Source: Clostridia bacterium (GTDB lineage Bacteria; Bacillota; Clostridia; Oscillospirales; SIG627). Taken from it: a stretch of DNA of 58,456 nt. Positions 18,460 through 24,970 of the stretch are shown here, piece after piece (within the stretch, counting starts at the first letter, position 1; each line of letters opens with the position of its first letter). The stretch spans positions 1-58,456 of the forward strand of contig JAFQMA010000015.1 in NCBI GenBank assembly GCA_017414535.1, in the 5' to 3' direction. The notes below the pieces were generated by a model that saw nothing but the letters and a program-made list of their open reading frames with translations, made no database searches and had not been told where the DNA came from. Both the position numbers and the translations under genes were made by a program.

Positions 18460-19776
18460 ATGAAAATCACCTTCATCGGTGCGGGAAGCACCGTTTTTGC
18501 CAGAAACGTCATCGGTGACTGCTTTCTGACCGACTGTCTGAAAAACGCCACCTTCGCCCTGTACGATATCGACCCCAAGCGTCTGGAGGAAAGCCGCGTG
18601 ATCCTCACCGCCATGGCAAAAAGCATCGGTCTTCAGGCCGATCTGCAATGCTACGTGGGAGTAGAACGCCGTCGGGAGGCCCTGCGCGGGGCGGACTTTG
18701 TCATCAATGCCATTCAGGTGGGCGGCTACGAGCCCTCCACCGTTATCGATTTTGAGATCCCCAAGAAATACGGTCTGAGACAGACCATCGGCGATACGCT
18801 GGGCATCGGCGGCATCATGCGCGCCCTGAGGACCATCCCCGTCATGGAGGATTTTGCCCACGAAATGGAGGAGGTCTGCCCCAAGGCGCTCCTTCTCAAT
18901 TACACCAACCCCATGGCCATGCTTTGCGGCTATCTCCAGCGCTACACCGCCGTCAATACCGTAGGTCTCTGCCACAGCGTACAGGGCTGCTCCCGCGGGG
19001 TGCTTCGCTCCGTTGGTATGGAGGATAGGATCGAGGGTCGACGCGATCTTATCGCCGGCATCAACCACATGGCGTGGCTCCTGGAGATCCGCGATAAGGA
19101 CGGACGCGACCTCTACCCCGAGATCAAACAAAGAGTGGAGGAAAAGCTGCGCGATCCCGATTTTAACAATAAGGTAAGGCTGGAATACATCAAATATTTC
19201 GGCTATTACTGCACCGAATCCTCCGAGCACAACGCGGAATACAACCCCTTCTATATCAAATCCGCCTATCCCGATCTCATCGCGCGCTACAATATTCCCT
19301 TGGATGAATATCCCCGCCGCTGTATCGCTCAGCAGGAGCAGTGGAAAAAGGAATACGGGGAGCTACTGGAGGGTGCCGAAAAGACCTTCTCCCGCACAGA
19401 GGAATACGCCTCCCATATCATGGAGGCCGTAGTGACGGACCGTCCCATGCGCATCGGCGGCAACGTCTTGAACCAAGGCCTGATCACCAACCTTCCCGCC
19501 ACCGCCTGCGTAGAGGTACCCTGCCTGGTGGACGGCAGCGGCGTTCGCGGCTGCTTCGTGGGCGATCTGCCCGAGATCTGCGCCGCCATGAATCGCACCA
19601 ATATCAACGTGCAACTGCTCACCGTGGAAGCGGCCAGAACGAAAAAGAAGGAGCACGTCTATCAAGCGGCCATGCTGGATCCCCACACCGCCGCAGAGCT
19701 TCCTCCCCATAAGATCTGCGCCATGGTGGATGAGCTCATGGAGGCCCACGCTCCCTTCCTTCCCCAATATCACTAA
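18460..19776 (+). CDS. melA: GH4 alpha-galactosidase
   Basis: N-terminal NAD-binding KITFIGAGSTVFARNVIGD as in MelA. CHSVQG block. 438 aa. Confidence 0.85.
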   Translation: MKITFIGAGSTVFARNVIGDCFLTDCLKNATFALYDIDPKRLEESRVILTAMAKSIGLQADLQCYVGVERRREALRGADFVINAIQVGGYEPSTVIDFEIPKKYGLRQTIGDTLGIGGIMRALRTIPVMEDFAHEMEEVCPKALLLNYTNPMAMLCGYLQRYTAVNTVGLCHSVQGCSRGVLRSVGMEDRIEGRRDLIAGINHMAWLLEIRDKDGRDLYPEIKQRVEEKLRDPDFNNKVRLEYIKYFGYYCTESSEHNAEYNPFYIKSAYPDLIARYNIPLDEYPRRCIAQQEQWKKEYGELLEGAEKTFSRTEEYASHIMEAVVTDRPMRIGGNVLNQGLITNLPATACVEVPCLVDGSGVRGCFVGDLPEICAAMNRTNINVQLLTVEAARTKKKEHVYQAAMLDPHTAAELPPHKICAMVDELMEAHAPFLPQYH

Positions 19777-19941
19777 AGAAAAAAGAGACCGAACACGGAG
19801 ACACTTCGAAAAGAAGTAGTCTCCGATTTTCTATATAAAGCAAATGACACTTTCAGTTTTTGAAAGTGTCATAGTGGGTTACATACTTTGAGAATGGTAA
19901 ATACTTGCCGAAAATAAAGAATCTCTTTCTCGGCAGGTAAA

Positions 19942-20118
19942 GTGATATTGCAAACGATCGTTTGCAGTGATATTTTTGCCTTGCAGCAAAAGTGGTATCG
20001 AAACCTAACGGTTTCAGTGATATTATATTCGCCCATTTAACTGTCCGAAGGACAATATCACTATGCGTAGCATAATATAACTGCGCAGCAATATCACTCG
20101 CCGCAAGGCGAATATAAC
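19942..20118. repeat. Phased 7-mer / mini-hairpin array (GTGATAT x4, then ATAT(C/A)AC x4)
   Basis: GTGATAT at 19942, 19967 and 20017, and GTGGTAT at 19992, give an exact 25-nt period with 18-nt palindromic spacers. ATATCAC at 20055 and 20091. ATATAAC at 20075 and 20112. These right-hand boxes are separated by 9-14-nt hairpins. Confidence 0.8.
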
Positions 20119-20148
20119 TGAGGCACCTTCCTTATGGAGGGTGCCTCA
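20119..20148. terminator. Strong 13-bp-stem hairpin adjacent to the right terminal repeat
   Basis: TGAGGCACCTTCC-TTAT-GGAGGGTGCCTCA, followed by TTCGGTCTCTTTTTTT. Lies downstream of the fur-family gene on the minus strand. Confidence 0.55.
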
Positions 20149-20170
20149 ATTCGGTCTCTTTTTTTGCGTT

Positions 20171-20551
20171 TTATTCCGCTGCCTTTTGGCAAGCGGGGCA
20201 AACGCCGTACAGCTCCACGTGGCGGGAGGAAATGGCGTAGCCGTAATTCTTCTCAAGCTTCTCCAGCCCCATAGGGGGCAGGGCCTCGTCGTGCACGTCG
20301 CCGCACCGGGTGCAGATCACGTGGAGGTGATCCTTGGCATCGCCGTCAAAGCGATCCTCCGGTCCCACGTGCAGGCGTAGGATCTCACCCTCGTCGGCGG
20401 CATTTTTCAAAACACGGTACACCGTAGCCTTGCTCAGGTTCGGATATCGCTCCTTCAGGTCCTCGTACAAACGGGTGGCGGAGGGATGATCCCGACGAGC
20501 GCGGAGCTCTTCAAAAATGGCTTTTTTCTGAGCCGTGTTGCGTTTTTGCAT
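20171..20551 (-). CDS. Fur-family metalloregulator (Fur/Zur/PerR type not resolved)
   Basis: Winged-helix N-terminus (TAQKKAIFEEL...SKATVYRVLK). HLHVICTRCG and CPAC zinc-site CxxC pairs. 126 aa. Confidence 0.85.
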   Translation of the reverse strand: MQKRNTAQKKAIFEELRARRDHPSATRLYEDLKERYPNLSKATVYRVLKNAADEGEILRLHVGPEDRFDGDAKDHLHVICTRCGDVHDEALPPMGLEKLEKNYGYAISSRHVELYGVCPACQKAAE

Positions 20552-20574
20552 CCTCGTCTCCCTTCTTATTAAGA

Positions 20575-20593
20575 TTTATTATCATTATTATAA
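20575..20593. promoter_or_regulatory. Candidate Fur box
   Basis: TTTATTATCATTATTATAA contains ATAATGATAAT on the opposite strand, the core of the GATAATGATAATCATTATC consensus. It lies 25-40 nt upstream of the fur start. Confidence 0.4.
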
Positions 20594-20631
20594 CAAAGCT
20601 TCTCTCGTTCGTCAAGGATTTTTTGCCATTC

Positions 20632-20660
20632 TTGAAAATTTTTCTCTCCCATGCTACAAT
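20632..20660 (+). promoter_or_regulatory. Sigma-A-type promoter of the glycosyltransferase operon
   Basis: TTGAAA, 17-nt spacer, TACAAT. Confidence 0.55.
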
Positions 20661-20687
20661 AAAGAAAAAAGCAAGGAGGTCCCCCCG

Positions 20688-21641
20688 ATGCGTCTGTCTC
20701 TCATCGTACCCGTTTTCAATACCGCGCCCTTTCTGGGGGACTGCCTTGACAGTATTTTAAAGGCCGCACCGTTTCGGGAGGTGGAGGTGCTCCTCTTTGA
20801 CGACGGCTCTACCGACGAAAGCTGCGCCATTGCCAAGAACTATGCCGCCCGCGCACCTCAGCTCTTCCGCCTTCTGCAGGGAGAGCACAAAGGTCTTTCC
20901 GCCGCGCGGAACCGCGCCCTCTCCTACGCCACGGGCGATTATATTGCCTTTTTGGACAGTGACGATCTTTTAGCCCCCGCCTATTTTTCCCGCCTTTTTC
21001 AGGCCATGGAAAAGGCGCCCGACCTGATCCTTCTGCGCCATAGCGTGCTGACGGAGAAGGGGCTTTCCGTCCCCCGCCGTTTTTCCTCCCCCGATCCTGT
21101 GAAAGCCGCCCTGCTGGCGCCGCCCATGGTGTGGCTGAGGGTGTGTCGGCGCACTCTTTGGGAGGGAGAAGCCTTTGCGGAGGGGCTGTGGTACGAGGAT
21201 CTGGATCTCTCCCTGCGCCTGACGCTGAAGGCACGCACCTTTTCCGTGGTGGAGGAGCCCTTGTATCACTACCGTCAAAGAGCGGGCTCTCTTTCCCAAA
21301 GCACCGGCTCCCCCCATACGGAGGATATTTTCCCCATCATGGCGCGCGTCCTTGCCGTCATGGAGAAGGAGGGAGCGTTAACGGGCTATCACCCGGAGCT
21401 GGAATGGCTTTTCATTCAGCATCTTCTTCGCTCCGCCGCCCTGCGCTTTGCCCACCGTCCCGACGCCGTGGCTCTTTTTGCCCGCCTGACTGACACCGTG
21501 GAGCAGACCTTTCCCGCGTGGCGAAGCAATCCTTATTTAAAGGAGAGTAGCTTCCCCCTTCGCACGGCGGTGCGGCTTTGCGCCGCGGGGCATCCCCGCC
21601 TTTTGCACCTGCTTTCCCGCGGAAGGGAGCTGTTTTTATGA
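20688..21641 (+). CDS. Family 2 glycosyltransferase
   Basis: AAGGAGG RBS. SLIVPVFN...DDGSTDES...FLDSDD (DxD) motifs. The upstream 51 codons of the track ORF cover the promoter. Confidence 0.8.
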   Translation: MRLSLIVPVFNTAPFLGDCLDSILKAAPFREVEVLLFDDGSTDESCAIAKNYAARAPQLFRLLQGEHKGLSAARNRALSYATGDYIAFLDSDDLLAPAYFSRLFQAMEKAPDLILLRHSVLTEKGLSVPRRFSSPDPVKAALLAPPMVWLRVCRRTLWEGEAFAEGLWYEDLDLSLRLTLKARTFSVVEEPLYHYRQRAGSLSQSTGSPHTEDIFPIMARVLAVMEKEGALTGYHPELEWLFIQHLLRSAALRFAHRPDAVALFARLTDTVEQTFPAWRSNPYLKESSFPLRTAVRLCAAGHPRLLHLLSRGRELFL

Positions 21642-22573
21642 GCCATCCCACCCTTTCCGTTATCGTGCCCGTCTATAACGGGGCAAAGACCCTGGAAGCC
21701 GCCCTTTCCTCCGTGCTTGCCGATCCCGCCGTCACGGAGCTGATCGTGGTGGACGACGGCTCTGCCGATGGCAGTGCCGCGCTGGCTCTTGCCCTTTCCC
21801 ATCCCGCCCTGCGGGTGATCTCTACCCCACATCGCGGGCTTTCCGCCGCCAGAAATCGCGGTATGGAGAAGGCCACAGGGGACTATATCGCCTTTTTGGA
21901 CTGTGACGATACCGCCTCTCCCGCCTTTTATTCCGCTTTGCTTGCCTGCGCCGAGAAAACGGGGGCGGACTGCGTGGCGGGGGATATTTTCCTGACGGAC
22001 AGGTCCCGCCTGATCCCAAGCGGCTTTCCCGCCCTCGGAGAGGGCGAGGCTCTGCGGGAGACCATGACGGACTTTTACCCCGCCGTGTGGAATAAGCTCT
22101 ATCGCCGCGACACACTTTCCGACCTGCGCTTTCGGGAGGGGGCGCTTTTCGAGGACGTGGAATTTTCCCACCGCCTCCTTTTTCGATGCCGTCGCATCGC
22201 CGCCTGTCACGAGGGCTCGATCCGTTACCGCCACGGCACCCTTTCCACCCGTCGGGACGAGGCCCTCTTTGCCTATCCCCGCGCCGTGGCCGCCATCGCA
22301 GAGGAGGCCGCCGCCCTGCCCGACGCCGATCTGTGGCGGGACGAGGTGGAATACGTTGCCTGCCGCTATCTGCTGGCCACCTTTTTGCGCCGTGCCGCCT
22401 GTCTGCCCCGCCCCCTGTGGCAAAAGGCAAAGGGGGAAGCCCTCGGCCTTTTACAAAGCCGCTTTCCCCAATGGCGGCGCAATCCGTATTTGAAAAAGAA
22501 GGGCGCCTTGGGACTCTATCTGCGCTTTTTCACCCCCGCCCTGGCGCGCCTCTTCGGAAAGGAGACGGAATGA
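21638..22573 (+). CDS. Family 2 glycosyltransferase (paralog)
   Basis: ATGA start/stop overlap with the previous gene. SVIVPVYN...VDDGSADGS...FLDCDD motifs. Confidence 0.8.
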   Translation: MSHPTLSVIVPVYNGAKTLEAALSSVLADPAVTELIVVDDGSADGSAALALALSHPALRVISTPHRGLSAARNRGMEKATGDYIAFLDCDDTASPAFYSALLACAEKTGADCVAGDIFLTDRSRLIPSGFPALGEGEALRETMTDFYPAVWNKLYRRDTLSDLRFREGALFEDVEFSHRLLFRCRRIAACHEGSIRYRHGTLSTRRDEALFAYPRAVAAIAEEAAALPDADLWRDEVEYVACRYLLATFLRRAACLPRPLWQKAKGEALGLLQSRFPQWRRNPYLKKKGALGLYLRFFTPALARLFGKETE

Positions 22574-23655
22574 GACTGATCTTCTTTCTTTTGGAAAAAA
22601 ATAAAACGGGCGGTACCGAGCGAGTGCTTGCCACCCTGCGGCAGGAGCTGGAAAGAGAGGGGCACGAGGTACAGCTTCTCTATCTGCGCTCCGCCCTGCC
22701 CCTTGAGCCGTGGGAAAGGGTCATCCGTCCCGCACCGTGGCGCTTTACGGAGGGTCGGGAGATCCTGAAAAAGAAAAACCCCTTCCTTCTCTTCTCCCGC
22801 CTTGCGGATGCCCTGCGCCTTTCCCGCGACAGAGGAAGGGCAAAGCGCGCGCTTTCCCGCACGGATCCCGACGGCGTTTTCCTCTGCCATCCGCTTCTTT
22901 TGCCCGCCCTGCCCCGCACCCTGCAAAGCCGAGCCTTTCTCTATCTTCACCGCGATCCCCGGGAGCTTTTCGCAAGTCGCGCCGCCCGAGGCCTCCTTCT
23001 TCGCTACAAAAAAAGGCTTCCCCTTTTGCTTTTAACAGAAGAGGCCGCAAGCCTTCTCCGCGCACGGGGCTTTCGCGCAGAGCACCTGCCAAATCCCCTC
23101 GCCCACTTGCCCGCAGAGCGCATCCCCGCGGAGGAAAACCGCGCCGTGGTGATCCTCTCCCGCTTTTCCCCTGAAAAGCGCCTGCCCGAAACGGTGGTGC
23201 TCCTGAAAAAAGCCATGGAAAGGCACCCCTTTCCCGTATTTCTTTACGGCGAGGGGGAGGAAAAGGAGGCCGTCCTTGCCGCTATGGGAGATCACCCCGC
23301 CTTTACCCTTGCTCCCGCGCCTGCCGATCCAAAGGAGATCTGGCAGAAGGCAAGGCTGACCCTGTCCCTCTCTCGGCACGAGGGCTATCCCATGGCCCTT
23401 TTGGAGGCTCAATCCTACGGCATTCCCACCCTCACCCTGCCCTTCGGCGCAGGAGCGGGGACCCTCTCGGACGGAGGAAAAGCCGGCCTTGCGGCACAGA
23501 ACGAGGAGGACCTTCTTTCTCACCTGCTCCGCCTTTTGGAGGACGACGATGCCCTGCGCACCCTCTCCGAGGGCGCCTTCCTCCACGCGAAAGCGCACGA
23601 AAAAAGCTCTGTGGCAAAGGGCCTTGTCACCCTCTTGACAAATGAGGAAAAATAG
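22570..23655 (+). CDS. Family 4 (GT-B) glycosyltransferase
   Basis: ATGA overlap with the previous gene. N-terminal KTGGTERV. C-terminal EGYPMALLEAQSYGIPT motif. Confidence 0.75.
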   Translation: MRLIFFLLEKNKTGGTERVLATLRQELEREGHEVQLLYLRSALPLEPWERVIRPAPWRFTEGREILKKKNPFLLFSRLADALRLSRDRGRAKRALSRTDPDGVFLCHPLLLPALPRTLQSRAFLYLHRDPRELFASRAARGLLLRYKKRLPLLLLTEEAASLLRARGFRAEHLPNPLAHLPAERIPAEENRAVVILSRFSPEKRLPETVVLLKKAMERHPFPVFLYGEGEEKEAVLAAMGDHPAFTLAPAPADPKEIWQKARLTLSLSRHEGYPMALLEAQSYGIPTLTLPFGAGAGTLSDGGKAGLAAQNEEDLLSHLLRLLEDDDALRTLSEGAFLHAKAHEKSSVAKGLVTLLTNEEK

Positions 23656-23674
23656 ACTAAAATAACGTAAATGC

Positions 23675-23913
23675 GGTGAAAAAGTGTGCCGCCTTTTCGA
23701 AAAGCTCGATCAGAGAGAGTCGTCACCGGCTGAAAGCGACTTGGGTGGGAGAAGGCGTGCGTTTCCCTTTGGAGCACGGCGGAGGAAGCACAGTAGTCCG
23801 TCGCGGCTGACCCCGTTACAGGTCGTACGAGTTGCCAAGGCAAGACCTTGGAATTCAGGTGGTATCGCGAAGCTATATGCTCCCGTCCTGAAGGATGGGG
23901 GCATTATTTTTTT
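23675..23913 (+). promoter_or_regulatory. T-box riboswitch leader of pheST
   Basis: AGAGAG bulge (23712-17). F-box CCGTTA (23813-18). T-box AATTCAGGTGGTATCGCGAAG (23852-72). Terminator CTCCCGTCC-TGAA-GGATGGGGG plus U-run (23880-23913). I could not place the specifier codon confidently by eye. Confidence 0.85.
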
Positions 23914-23929
23914 GGAAAGGTGACCGATT

Positions 23930-24955
23930 ATGCAAGAAAAAATCAATCTGATCCGCAGTGAGATCCTGGAAAAGATCGACAGCTTTGATTCCTCCCGCGC
24001 GCTGTACGAATTCCGCAAGCTCTTTCTGGACAATAAGGAAGGAAAGATCTCCCTTCTCATGAAGGGCCTCAAGGACGTGCCCAAGGAGGACCGTCCCGCT
24101 GCGGGCAAAAGCATCAACGAATTAAAGAACTGGGCCCTCTCCCTCTTTGAGGAGTACGACGCCCGCATCCACAAGCTGGAGCTGGAAAAGAAGATCGCCG
24201 GGGAGGCCGTGGACGTGACCGAGCCCGCCGTCAAGAGAAGGGCAGGCGCCCTGCACCCCAATACCATGGTGCAGAACGAGCTCATCGACATTTTTTCCGC
24301 CATGGGCTTTGAGATCTATGAGGGCAGTGAGATCGAGACGGATTACTATAACTTTACCGCCCTCAACACCCCCGAGGATCATCCCGCCCGCGATATGCAG
24401 GATACCTTCTATCTCTCCCCCGGCTTCCTCCTGCGCACCCAGACCAGCGCAGGCCAGATCCACGTGATGGAAAAGAGCCGTCCCCCCATTAAGATCCTCT
24501 CCCCCGGCAAGGTGTTCCGCAGTGACGATGACGCCACCCACTCTCCCATGTTCTCTCAGATGGAGGGTCTGGTGGTGGATCGCGGCATTTCTCTGTGCGA
24601 CCTGCAGGGCATGCTGGATCTGTTCAGCGAAAAGATCTTCGGTCAGGGCGTCAAGACCCGTCTGCGCCCCTCCTACTTCCCCTTTACCGAGCCCAGCGTT
24701 GAGGTGGACGTTTCCTGCTTCGAATGCGGCGGCAAGGGCTGTAAGCTCTGCAAGGGCACGGGCTGGATCGAGGTTCTGGGCGCAGGCGTTGTTAACCGCC
24801 ACGTTTTGGAAAATTGCGGCATCGACCCCGATGAATACACGGGCTTTGCCTTCGGTATGGGCGTGGAGCGTATCGCCATGCTCAAATACGGCATCAACAA
24901 CATCAAGGTCCTGTTCGAATCGGATACCCGATTTGCCGAGCAGTTCCGCGACTGA
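23930..24955 (+). CDS. pheS: Phenylalanine--tRNA ligase alpha subunit
   Basis: Class II motifs [18 protein letters not shown] and [14 protein letters not shown]. 341 aa. Confidence 0.95.
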   Translation: MQEKINLIRSEILEKIDSFDSSRALYEFRKLFLDNKEGKISLLMKGLKDVPKEDRPAAGKSINELKNWALSLFEEYDARIHKLELEKKIAGEAVDVTEPAVKRRAGALHPNTMVQNELIDIFSAMGFEIYEGSEIETDYYNFTALNTPEDHPARDMQDTFYLSPGFLLRTQTSAGQIHVMEKSRPPIKILSPGKVFRSDDDATHSPMFSQMEGLVVDRGISLCDLQGMLDLFSEKIFGQGVKTRLRPSYFPFTEPSVEVDVSCFECGGKGCKLCKGTGWIEVLGAGVVNRHVLENCGIDPDEYTGFAFGMGVERIAMLKYGINNIKVLFESDTRFAEQFRD

Positions 24956-24970
24956 GAAAGGAGAATCACC

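Larger units (their letters stand above)
19779..20164. mobile_element. Non-coding hairpin-rich element bounded by a perfect 15-bp inverted repeat (MITE-like, or an insertion into a terminator loop)
   Basis: AAAAAAGAGACCGAA (19779-93) and TTCGGTCTCTTTTTT (20150-64) are perfect reverse complements. They enclose 356 bp with no ORF of 60 aa or more. The left ~155 bp recurs inverted at 1-155. The same stem occurs uninterrupted at 37212-37242. Confidence 0.6.

Noticed and set aside
19942-20118. Possibility that the box/hairpin array is a CRISPR array
   Set aside because: The repeats are only 7-8 nt and the spacers 9-18 nt and palindromic. The repeat orientation flips mid-array, and no cas genes are present.
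22186-22569. 5' extension of track ORF 22186..23655 (and extensions 20535..20687 and 21578..21637)
   Set aside because: The extensions overlap the preceding GT gene or the promoter in another frame. GT family similarity and ATGA-coupled starts fix the true starts at 22570, 20688 and 21638.
23751-23757. GAA-GGC-G string in the pheS leader as a (glycine) specifier
   Set aside because: By my manual fold it lies inside a helix (GAGAAGG pairing with CCUUUUC), and it is inconsistent with the downstream pheST genes. I could not place the true specifier by eye, so none is claimed.
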